From assembly GCA_049852185.1 (NCBI GenBank), contig CP187540.1: a stretch of DNA of 64,000 bases, one strand, 5' to 3'. A program made the position numbers and the translations under genes. The stretch comes from Methanocaldococcus sp. 28A. Lineage in GTDB: Archaea; AGJL01; Methanococci; Methanococcales; Methanocaldococcaceae. Shown here piece by piece: positions 55,682 through 64,000 of the stretch (within the stretch, counting starts at the first letter, position 1; every line of letters begins with the position of its first letter). The notes beneath the pieces were generated by a model. That model was not told where the DNA came from. It made no database searches and saw nothing but the letters and a program-made list of their open reading frames with translations.

Positions 55682-57961
55682 ATGCTTCTATCTCATCCAA
55701 ATTATCCTCTAAGAAGCCATCTGATTAATACAAAAAATAGAGCGTTGGAGAAATACAAACCTCCAAAATTAAAATATTTTGAAGGAGAAATAATAAGAGA
55801 AATTTTAAAAATCATAACATTATCACACGATTTTGGAAAATCAACGATTTACTTTCAAAAATACATTAGAGGAGAAAAAGTCAAAAATTCTTTAAAAAAA
55901 CATTCCACAATTTCATTTTTATTAACAAACTATGTAATTGAAGAGTTTCTAAAGTATTACAACATAAAAAATAATTATTATCAACTATTTTCTTTGTGTG
56001 TTAAAAATCACCACTCTTTTATAAGCAATCCAATACACGACTTAGGTAGTGTAGAGGAAAATAAAGACATACTAAAAGAGCAGTTTAACTCATTGGATAT
56101 TGATTTTATAAACAATATTTTAAAAGAAAATAATTTACCAGTAATTGAAGATGACTTTTCTAATATCTTAGAAAAATTTTATAATTTGGAGGATATTTAT
56201 GAAGATTTGTATGATGAAAATAATGAGCTAAAATATGAGTTCTATTTACTCTACTTATATTTATTTTCGTTGTTAATATGTTCTGATAAAGAAGATGCAA
56301 TATTTAAAGGTAGAAATGCAAAAAGCAATCCAACACTACCATATAGCATAGAAAATTATATCAAAAATCTCCCAAAGAAAAATGACATTGACTATCTAAG
56401 AACAAAAATGTTTCTTGAAGTAAATAAAAAGGTCGATGAAATTGATTTGAATCATAGAATTTACTCTTTAAATGCTCCAACTGGAATGGGAAAAACTTTA
56501 ACTATCTTCAATTTTGCATTAAAATTGGCTAATAGAATCAAAAGAGAAAAAGGCATTAACATGAGAATAATTTATTGCCTGCCATTTTTAAGTATTATAG
56601 ACCAAAATTATGCAGTTTTAGAAAAAGTATTAGAAAAAACTTTAAAAAATCAGATAACTTCAGATATTCTTTTAAAACATCACCACTTATCAGATATTTC
56701 TTATAAAATAGAGGAGGAAGAAGTAGATGTTGATAAATCTCTCCATTTAATAGAAACATGGAACTCAAAAATAATAACTACAACTTTTATACAGCTTTTT
56801 TATAGCATATTCTCTAACAAAAACAAAAATTTAAAAAAATTTTATGCGTTAAGCAATTCAATAATTATCTTAGATGAAATCCAAGCAATTCCTTATAAGT
56901 ATTGGCATGCTATAAATAAAATCTTCAAATTTTTGGCTGAAGAATACAACATTTACTTTATATTATGCACAGCAACACTACCAATGATTTTTGAAAATAC
57001 TATAGAGCTTTTAGATAATAAAGAAGAATACTTCAACAAAATGAATAGAACAAAATTAAAAATTCACAAAAATGAGATGAATTTAGATGAGTTCATTGAT
57101 ATAATTAGCGAGGATATAGAAAACAACCCAGACAATGATTATCTCATTGTTTTAAATACAATAAAATCATCAAAAGATGTTTATAATGCATTAAAAGAAA
57201 TGGATTTGGATGGAGATTTTTACTACTTATCAACAAACATCTATCCAAAAGAGAGATTAAATAGGATTAAAGAAATTAACAAAAATAAGAATAGGAAGAT
57301 TATTGTTTCAACTCAATTAATTGAGGCTGGAGTTGATATAAGCGTTGATGTGATTTACAGAGATATTGCTCCTCTAGATGCTATAAATCAAACTGCTGGG
57401 AGATGTAATAGACATAATGAAGGTAGAAGAGGAATAGTAAATATTGTTAAGTTAGTGGATGATAAAGGAAGGAAATATGCTTCTTACATTTATGAAAAGC
57501 ATCTTATAACTAAGACAGAGGAATTGTTAAATAAGTATGATGTCATTGATGAAAGAGAATTTTTAAAATTAAATAACAAATATTTCAAAAAATTGGGGAA
57601 TTATAAGGATAAATCAAAAGAAATCTTAAAAATAATTGAGAACTTTGAATATGATGAAATTAATAATAAATTTAAGCTAATTGAAAATCCTCCATCTATT
57701 GACTTGTTTGTTTGTGTTGAAGATGAAGCAGAAAAGGTTTGGGAAGAATATGAAACTATAATGGAAATAAAAAATATTTATGAAAGAAGAAAAAAATTTT
57801 TAGAGATAAAAAAGAAGTTTTATGGGTATGTTATAAGTGTTCCTGAGTATATTATAAAAGGAAAGGATATTTTATTTAATCATCTGGATAAAATTGATGA
57901 AAAATATTATGACAGAGAGACTGGTTTTAAGATTGTTGAAGATAATACACTAATACTATAA
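55682..57961 (+). CDS. cas3: Cas3 HD nuclease-helicase
   Basis: HL...HDFGK HD domain, APTGMGKT, DEIQ, TAT, STQLIEAGVD, QTAGRCNR. Confidence 0.95.
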   Translation: MLLSHPNYPLRSHLINTKNRALEKYKPPKLKYFEGEIIREILKIITLSHDFGKSTIYFQKYIRGEKVKNSLKKHSTISFLLTNYVIEEFLKYYNIKNNYYQLFSLCVKNHHSFISNPIHDLGSVEENKDILKEQFNSLDIDFINNILKENNLPVIEDDFSNILEKFYNLEDIYEDLYDENNELKYEFYLLYLYLFSLLICSDKEDAIFKGRNAKSNPTLPYSIENYIKNLPKKNDIDYLRTKMFLEVNKKVDEIDLNHRIYSLNAPTGMGKTLTIFNFALKLANRIKREKGINMRIIYCLPFLSIIDQNYAVLEKVLEKTLKNQITSDILLKHHHLSDISYKIEEEEVDVDKSLHLIETWNSKIITTTFIQLFYSIFSNKNKNLKKFYALSNSIIILDEIQAIPYKYWHAINKIFKFLAEEYNIYFILCTATLPMIFENTIELLDNKEEYFNKMNRTKLKIHKNEMNLDEFIDIISEDIENNPDNDYLIVLNTIKSSKDVYNALKEMDLDGDFYYLSTNIYPKERLNRIKEINKNKNRKIIVSTQLIEAGVDISVDVIYRDIAPLDAINQTAGRCNRHNEGRRGIVNIVKLVDDKGRKYASYIYEKHLITKTEELLNKYDVIDEREFLKLNNKYFKKLGNYKDKSKEILKIIENFEYDEINNKFKLIENPPSIDLFVCVEDEAEKVWEEYETIMEIKNIYERRKKFLEIKKKFYGYVISVPEYIIKGKDILFNHLDKIDEKYYDRETGFKIVEDNTLIL

Positions 57962-57984
57962 TACAATAAATATAACAAAAAACT

Positions 57985-59307
57985 TTAGATAATTATATTT
58001 TTCCAAGGCATTTTATCTATTTTCCCTAAGTATTTATCCAATAACTTATCTTTTTTTAATGCACTAATTAAGTTTGTTGGATTTTTTGAGACCTCTAAAT
58101 ATTTACTAAGCTTTTCATCTCCTCTTGCTAATACACACTGACAAATCATAGAATTAAAGTTCTCATACTCCACTTTAATCCCTTCTTTTTTTAGATTCTT
58201 TTCAATATACTTAATTTTTTTCTTAGATGATAAATCAAACTCCTCTACATCAAAATCTGTATGTGGCTTAGGAATCATAGGATTTATAGAAATTTCCACT
58301 TTTCTAATTTCTCTTTTTATCTTCTTTGTTAAATCTATGAGCTCTTCAATATCTTCCTCTGTTTCTGTTGGAATACCAACCATAAAATAGAGTTTAATTT
58401 TCTCAACATTAAATTTCTTAGCTAAATCAACTGCGTTAAATATATCTCCATCTTTAATATCTTTTTTTATAAATTCTCTCAGCCTTTCACTTCCAGCTTC
58501 TGGAGCTATTGTTAATGTTTTTGGTTTCAAAATTTTCATTAGATCTTCATTTAAAGTATCTGCCCTTAAAGAAGAAGGGGATATTTGAACTCCCAAATCG
58601 TCCAAAAAATTACAGAGTTCAACTATATATTTATAATCTCCAACTGATGGAGCTATTAATGCCACTTTATTGACTTTATTAACTTTAATTCCTTCTTCAG
58701 CCAAGTATTCCAAATCGCTGAGCTTTCTAAACCTTGGTGGATAATATATAGCTCTTGCTAAGCAAAATCTACATCTTCTTGGACAACCTCTTCCAAGCTC
58801 TAACAAAAATGATTTTCCATAAGCTCCTTCTTCAGAAGTTGGCTGATATATTGGATAATCATCTATGGTTAATTTTTTTGGATATATCCTTTTAACTTTA
58901 TCCTTTTTCAAAAATTTTGAATAAACTCCTTCAACATCAAACTCTCTATTTATAACTTTTAGCATCACATCGCTATTTTCAATCTCTCCAACTATAACTG
59001 CATCAAAAAATTCAGCTATAGGATAAAAGTTTTCCATTACACAAGGCCCTCCAGCAACAAAAACAGCGTTTGGATTAGTTTTTCTTAAATCTTTAACTAT
59101 TTTTATTGCATTAAAGTAATCATTTTCATACTGCAAAGTTATAAAAATTGCATCAAAATTTCTTATCCTTTCATAATTCTCCAAAAAATAAACTCCTACA
59201 TTTAAATCTTTATACTTACTTAGATGATTAGCTAATACATGCACAGCTAAGCAAGAAATTCCAGCTTTAAATTTGTTTGGATATATTACAGCAATATTTT
59301 TTATCAT
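57985..59307 (-). CDS. Radical SAM protein (B12-binding-like N-terminus)
   Basis: RGCPRRCRFC, APEAGSERLR, YFMVGIP. Confidence 0.85.
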   Translation of the reverse strand: MIKNIAVIYPNKFKAGISCLAVHVLANHLSKYKDLNVGVYFLENYERIRNFDAIFITLQYENDYFNAIKIVKDLRKTNPNAVFVAGGPCVMENFYPIAEFFDAVIVGEIENSDVMLKVINREFDVEGVYSKFLKKDKVKRIYPKKLTIDDYPIYQPTSEEGAYGKSFLLELGRGCPRRCRFCLARAIYYPPRFRKLSDLEYLAEEGIKVNKVNKVALIAPSVGDYKYIVELCNFLDDLGVQISPSSLRADTLNEDLMKILKPKTLTIAPEAGSERLREFIKKDIKDGDIFNAVDLAKKFNVEKIKLYFMVGIPTETEEDIEELIDLTKKIKREIRKVEISINPMIPKPHTDFDVEEFDLSSKKKIKYIEKNLKKEGIKVEYENFNSMICQCVLARGDEKLSKYLEVSKNPTNLISALKKDKLLDKYLGKIDKMPWKNIII

Positions 59308-59333
59308 TTATATCACAAAAATAATAATATTTT

Positions 59334-60059
59334 TTATTTATCTAAGACATTAACAACATCTCCAACAACGATAACTCCCGGAGGTCTTGCATTTTCTTTT
59401 TTTGCTTTTTCAACAATATCTCCCAAAGTCCCTTTAATAACTTTTTGATTTTTCGTAGTTCCTTCCATTATAATTGCTACAGGAGTATCTTTGCTTCTTT
59501 TAGGATTTTGCAACAACTCTTTAACTAAATTTTCTAAATTAGTTATTCCCATTAAGATTACAATAGTATCTGCATTCAACTTGCTTAAATCAACCTGTTT
59601 CTCTTTTTTATCCTCTGCCTCATGCCCAGTAACTACTGTAAATGAAGTAGCAACTTTTCTATGAGTAACGGGAATTTCAGCAACTTCTGGAACTGCTATA
59701 GCTGATGTAATTCCTGGGATGATATCATAAGGTATATTGTGCTTCTTTAATTCCAAAATCTCCTCTCCTCCTCTACCAAAAACAAATGGGTCTCCTCCTT
59801 TGAGCCTAACAACTAACTTCCCTTCTTTAGCTTTTTCAACTAATATTTTATTAATCTCTTCCTGTTTAAATGAATGTTTTCCCTTCCTTTTACCAACATA
59901 AATCAATTCAACATCTTTTTTAGCACAATTTAATAAATCTTTTGATATTAAATCATCATAAACAATAACATCCGCCTCTTTTATTGCTTTTAAACCTTTT
60001 ATTGTTATCAGCTCTGGGTCTCCTGGTCCAGCTCCTACTAAGATAACTTTGCCTGTCAT
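59334..60059 (-). CDS. cobA: Uroporphyrinogen-III C-methyltransferase
   Basis: VGAGPGDPELIT, RLKGGDPFVFGRGGEE, PGITSA. Confidence 0.95.
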   Translation of the reverse strand: MTGKVILVGAGPGDPELITIKGLKAIKEADVIVYDDLISKDLLNCAKKDVELIYVGKRKGKHSFKQEEINKILVEKAKEGKLVVRLKGGDPFVFGRGGEEILELKKHNIPYDIIPGITSAIAVPEVAEIPVTHRKVATSFTVVTGHEAEDKKEKQVDLSKLNADTIVILMGITNLENLVKELLQNPKRSKDTPVAIIMEGTTKNQKVIKGTLGDIVEKAKKENARPPGVIVVGDVVNVLDK

Positions 60060-60442
60060 TCTTTCACCATACTATTTTTTGCCTTTAATTTTTCTTCTAA
60101 TTTCTTTTTTCTTCTCTCTTTCTTTTCTCTAATCATTGGAATTCTATATATTGCCCCACAATCTAAGCATGTTATAACAACGTGAGGATACCTCTTACTT
60201 TTAACTCTAACTCTTGCATTCTTTCCATATAATAAAAAAGTTCCACATTTCTTGCAAATTCTTCTTTTCCATTTTTTAGGAAATTTTATTCTCATCTTCA
60301 TAGCTATTCTTCTTGCTAAATAAACATATCTCTTAGCTCTATCCCAATTTCCTTTTTTTGCCTCTTCTTCAGCTAAGCTCATTAATATGTCAATTCTTTC
60401 ATAAGCAATCTTCTTTATTTTTTTTTCTAAGAACTTTTTCAT
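60056..60442 (-). CDS. rnp4: Ribonuclease P protein component 4 (Rpp21)
   Basis: IAYERIDIL, KRRICKKC, TCLDCG..YR. Confidence 0.93.
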   Translation of the reverse strand: MKKFLEKKIKKIAYERIDILMSLAEEEAKKGNWDRAKRYVYLARRIAMKMRIKFPKKWKRRICKKCGTFLLYGKNARVRVKSKRYPHVVITCLDCGAIYRIPMIREKKERRKKKLEEKLKAKNSMVKE

Positions 60443-60451
60443 GATTTCACA

Positions 60452-61426
60452 TTAAAATAATCTCTTTATAGCATTCCAAACTAAAAAGGATTGAGGTTTT
60501 AAAATCCTTCTCTGTGGATTTAAAAATAATATGTTTTTCTTGACTAAATAAATATAAACTGGTGTGGTAATATTATTTCTTCTTTTTTAATTTCTATAGT
60601 TTTATCTCCAATTTCTACCTTTGGGTTTGAATAATATAAAACCTCTAAAAACATATCCAATTTTGCTATTTCATCATTTAGCATTGACTCTAAGATATTC
60701 CCTAAATTTTCATATCTTAAGCTGTTAATAACTGTTTTTATTAGTATTGGTTCTCCCCCAACATAGCTATATATTAACTCTTTTTCATCATTAGATAGTT
60801 TTTTATTTAAAATCTCCTGAGCTAAGAAATCCATAAACTTTAAAGCTTTATCTCTCTCAAAATCATCTACTAAAATATAAATAGTTGTGTGCAAAATAAA
60901 ATAAACTTTAAAAAGGAAATTTTGAAGGCCTTCCTTAAAGAAGGCATTCATTAATACCTTATTTTATTTAAGATAGTTTTGCACACAACTATAAGCATTG
61001 CTTCATTATATACCTTCTCTATAAATAAACTATCAGAACTTAAACAAAACTTTAGGTAAATCGACAAAAGAATCTGTTAATTTTCATCTCTCCAATTTTT
61101 TGCAGTTCATCAATAATAATTATTAGTTGTCTTCCTTCTCTTTTTATTTCTAATAATACATTGGTTATATACCTAAAAACATTTTTACTTGTTTTTTTCT
61201 TAAAAATCTCATTTATGGTATTTTTTGGTATGGGAATACTATATAAAGACGGTAAATCATTAATAACAGCTTTGATTACTTCTAATGGACTTTCATCACT
61301 CTCATACTCTTCAAACAACACTTCAATGAAATCCTCATATTTAGAGATAAAAATCCCTCTAAGATTTATATAAAAAACCACATACTTATTTTTATCCAAC
61401 CTATTGTTAATTATTTCATTAATTAT
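60452..61426 (-). pseudogene. Archaeal ATPase (ATPase_2 family) pseudogene lacking its N-terminus
   Basis: Fragments [67 protein letters not shown] separated by frameshifts and a family A insertion. Confidence 0.85.
60881..60993. mobile_element. MITE-like family A element inserted in the ATPase pseudogene
   Basis: ATAGTTGTGTGCAAAA ... TTTTGCACACAACTAT. Confidence 0.85.
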
Positions 61427-61478
61427 GGCATCAAAAATACCTTATTAATAATTAATATTAATACCTGTGAAAGTCCTA
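61427..61478. repeat. Family B half-element fused to ATPase pseudogene 5' end
   Basis: Minus strand TAGGACTTTCACAGG...TTTGATGCC then ATPase codons. Confidence 0.7.
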
Positions 61479-61495
61479 TATAAAATAATTACGTT

Positions 61496-61903
61496 GTGAT
61501 GCGTATGAATGACATAGAAAAAATTATAAAAGGGATAATAAAAGATATGAATCCAAGATTTAAAAGAAAAACATTGAAAGATTTGTTAAATGAAGAGAAA
61601 CCCCATATAATAATTAATGGTAAGAGGCATAGAATAAAGAGAAGAGAGCTCGAGTTTTTAAAAGAAATTGCAAACGAAGATTTAAAACTTCCTATTGTTT
61701 TGGAAGTAGATTCCTCTTTGGGAGGGGCAATAAAGGTTAGTGGAAAAGAAGAGGTTAAAGTTATTTCAAAAATATTAGGTAGAGAAATAGATATCTTCTC
61801 AGATAAGGATGTTATGTATATATACAAACCAGAACTAAAAATTGTTAGAAAGGAATTACCTACAACTACTCAACTTATATTTAAATTATCTTTATATGAT
61901 TAA
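61496..61903 (+). CDS. DUF61 (UPF0216) family protein
   Basis: KTLKDLLNEEKPHI..G.RH.IKRRELE, LPI, R.ELPTTTQ. Confidence 0.8.
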   Translation: MMRMNDIEKIIKGIIKDMNPRFKRKTLKDLLNEEKPHIIINGKRHRIKRRELEFLKEIANEDLKLPIVLEVDSSLGGAIKVSGKEEVKVISKILGREIDIFSDKDVMYIYKPELKIVRKELPTTTQLIFKLSLYD

Positions 61904-61915
61904 AATGTGATAGCT

Positions 61916-62086
61916 ATGAAAAGAAAAAAATACTATGGAAAGGACCCAATAAAAAAGCTTTTAAATGACCCCGATAAGAGAGAAAAAATTTTTAAATTTT
62001 TATTTATTCTAAACATATGGGTTTGGTTAGCATTTATTATCGGGTCAGTAATATTTATAATTTTAATAATAAAATATTATTGGTGA
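61916..62086 (+). CDS. Small membrane protein (56 aa), below ORF-track cutoff
   Basis: MKRKKYYGKDPIKKLLNDPDKREKIFKFLFILNIWVWLAFIIGSVIFIILIIKYYW; GTGA RBS; fills the operon gap. Confidence 0.65.
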   Translation: MKRKKYYGKDPIKKLLNDPDKREKIFKFLFILNIWVWLAFIIGSVIFIILIIKYYW

Positions 62087-62087
62087 T

Positions 62088-62372
62088 ATGATGAACACAT
62101 TGGTTTGGTTGTTTGCAATTGTTGCCTTAAGTTTTTCAGCATTGGTAGGTTTAAGATTAGCTTTTAAAAAAGGAACTTCTAATGTTTTAATAGGTGAATC
62201 TTTGATAACTGTTGTTATTGGGACTTTAATAGTTGTTATTTCACAAAAATATAATATAGCGTTTGCTAATACTATCGCTTTATCTATCTTTATATGTGGA
62301 GTTGTTGGAACTTTAGCATTTTGTAAGGTAATAGGGGGTAATAATGAATCAAAAGCAAAACAGTCAAATTAA
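62088..62372 (+). CDS. MnhF-like / energy-converting hydrogenase small membrane subunit
   Basis: Three TM helices, C-terminal G.VGTLAF.K pattern. Confidence 0.5.
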   Translation: MMNTLVWLFAIVALSFSALVGLRLAFKKGTSNVLIGESLITVVIGTLIVVISQKYNIAFANTIALSIFICGVVGTLAFCKVIGGNNESKAKQSN

Positions 62373-63057
62373 TAAAGATGATATATTTATTGTTATTCCT
62401 GCATTTAATGAAGAAAAGATGATTGGAGAAACTTTAAGAAATTTAAAAAGAGAGGGATATAAAAATATAATTGTTGTTGATGATGGCTCAATGGATAAAA
62501 CTTCTGAGATAGCTAAAAAAGAGAATGTTATTGTATGTAAGCATATTTTAAATAGAGGATTAGGAGGAGCATTAGGGACTGGAATTAAATGTGCTCTACT
62601 TTATAAACCAAAGATTATTGTAACCTTTGATGCCGATGGACAGCATCATCCTAAGGATGTTGAGAAGGTAGTTAAACCTATCTTAGAAGGCTATGATTTT
62701 GTTGTAGGAAGTAGAATGATGGACAAAAATGAGTTAAAAAACATGCCTTTAGTTAAAAGAATAGGTAATTTTGGCTTAAATTTTATAACCTACTTAATGG
62801 GAGGGTATTTTGTAACAGATAGCCAAAGTGGTTTGAGGGCTTTCTCTTATGAAGCTGCTAAAAAGATAATAGATGATTTGAAAAGTGACAGATATGAGGT
62901 TTCATCTGAATTTATAATTTTAGCTAAAAAACATAAATTAAATCTTAAAGAAGTGCCAATAAAAACTATCTATACTGAATATTCAATGAGTAGAGGGACC
63001 AATGTAATAACTGGATTTAAGATTTTATTTAAGTTAATTATGCAGAAGATTTTTTAA
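62344..63057 (+). CDS. Glycosyltransferase family 2 (polyprenol-phosphate sugar synthase-like)
   Basis: IPAFNEE, VDDGS.D, NRGLG, DADGQH, DSQSG.R. Confidence 0.9.
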   Translation: MNQKQNSQINKDDIFIVIPAFNEEKMIGETLRNLKREGYKNIIVVDDGSMDKTSEIAKKENVIVCKHILNRGLGGALGTGIKCALLYKPKIIVTFDADGQHHPKDVEKVVKPILEGYDFVVGSRMMDKNELKNMPLVKRIGNFGLNFITYLMGGYFVTDSQSGLRAFSYEAAKKIIDDLKSDRYEVSSEFIILAKKHKLNLKEVPIKTIYTEYSMSRGTNVITGFKILFKLIMQKIF

Positions 63058-63100
63058 TAGGACTTTCGCAGGAACAAATATTAAAATAAAGTGCTAAAGA
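63058..63100. repeat. Family B element, single end
   Basis: TAGGACTTTCGCAGGAACAAA right after the glycosyltransferase stop. Confidence 0.6.
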
Positions 63101-63180
63101 CCCTATGTCTCCAGCGGTGGAGTTTTCATCTGAATTAATTACCTCCCTAAAGCAGAGTTTCTTAGCGACAATAAATGGTA
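63101..63180 (-). repeat. Orphan IS200/IS605 left-end-like sequence, copy 2
   Basis: CCCTAAAGCAGAGTTTCTTAGCGACAATAAATGGTA; homologous to 22443-22531. Confidence 0.7.
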
Positions 63181-63482
63181 AGATCCTTGATTTTTAAAGA
63201 ATATATTACTTAAAAAGGTTTGTATTTATTTCGTTCTCTGCAATACTACCAGTTAAATATAATTTTCCCATTATTAGAAACTGTTAAGATAAGGTTAGGA
63301 GACAATTATAGAGGAAGATAAAAGATTCTATTTTAAGATTTATAATTTATTTGCATATTTTGATATATTTATTTAATTCTTATCTTGACCGTCCAAATAT
63401 ATATAAAGTAAAGTAAATTATTAATATCACTATTATAAATATAATTGCATTATTATCATCATTTAAAAATTGGTGAGAGATT

Positions 63483-64000
63483 ATGAGTAAAATTGGATTT
63501 AGCCCAATAAAAATAAAATCTTTTTCAAAGATTAAAACTTATGATGATACATTACCATCATTGAAGTATGTTGTATTAGAGCCTGCGGGATTTCCTATTA
63601 GGGTTAGTAGCGAGAACGTTAAGGTTTCTACTGATGACCCTATATTATTTAATATCTATGCGAGAGACCAGTGGATTGGTGAGATTGTTAAAGAGGGCGA
63701 TTACTTATTTGATAACTCAATCCTACCAGATTACGCTTTCAAAGTTATCTCAACTTATCCAAAAGAGGGAGGAATGATTACAAGTGAAACAGTATTTAAA
63801 CTTCAAACTCCTAAGAAAGTTCTTAGAACACAGTTTAAAAAAGCTAAGTTCAGCGAGATTATTGGGCAGGAAGATGCGAAGAAGAAATGTAGAATTATTA
63901 TGAAGTATTTAGAAAATCCAAAACTCTTTGGAGAATGGGCTCCAAAGAATGTTTTATTCTATGGTCCTCCAGGAACTGGAAAGACATTAATGGCAAGAGC
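63483..64000 (+). CDS. AAA+ ATPase (archaeal), runs off window end
   Basis: MSKIGFSP..., YARDQW, EIIGQE.AKKKC, WAPKNVLFYGPPGTGKT. Confidence 0.85.
   Translation, partial: MSKIGFSPIKIKSFSKIKTYDDTLPSLKYVVLEPAGFPIRVSSENVKVSTDDPILFNIYARDQWIGEIVKEGDYLFDNSILPDYAFKVISTYPKEGGMITSETVFKLQTPKKVLRTQFKKAKFSEIIGQEDAKKKCRIIMKYLENPKLFGEWAPKNVLFYGPPGTGKTLMAR

Noticed and set aside
60544-61399. ORFs 60544-60951 and 61052-61399 as intact genes
   Set aside because: Fragments of one disrupted ATPase; the first begins inside a family A element

Overview
AT-rich archaeal chromosomal DNA, almost certainly a hyperthermophilic Methanocaldococcus (Methanococcales), judged from methanogen-specific genes (comB, MCR component A2, S-layer, selenocysteine formate dehydrogenase) and GGTGA ribosome-binding sites. 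Most of the window is housekeeping genes. The accessory content comprises five things. (1) A complete IS200/IS605 element (tnpA+tnpB, ~29314-31444) whose TnpB has a rearranged RuvC-II and an exact 317-bp tandem duplication of its 3' end/omegaRNA region. (2) A mosaic type I-B CRISPR-Cas locus with two 37-bp-repeat arrays, duplicated leaders and a hidden cas11 start; its spacers are strongly biased to be antisense to mRNA, with several covering RBS+start codons. (3) Two families of short terminal-inverted-repeat (MITE-like) elements, one of which marks both breakpoints of an inferred ~27-kb inversion that split an archaeal ATPase gene. (4) Orphan IS-end copies and a GC-rich, foldable orphan segment at ~43.9-44.06 kb. 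(5) A 5'-located SECIS hairpin for the UGA-containing fdhA. No rRNA or tRNA genes were seen. All family assignments come from motif recognition, not database searches.
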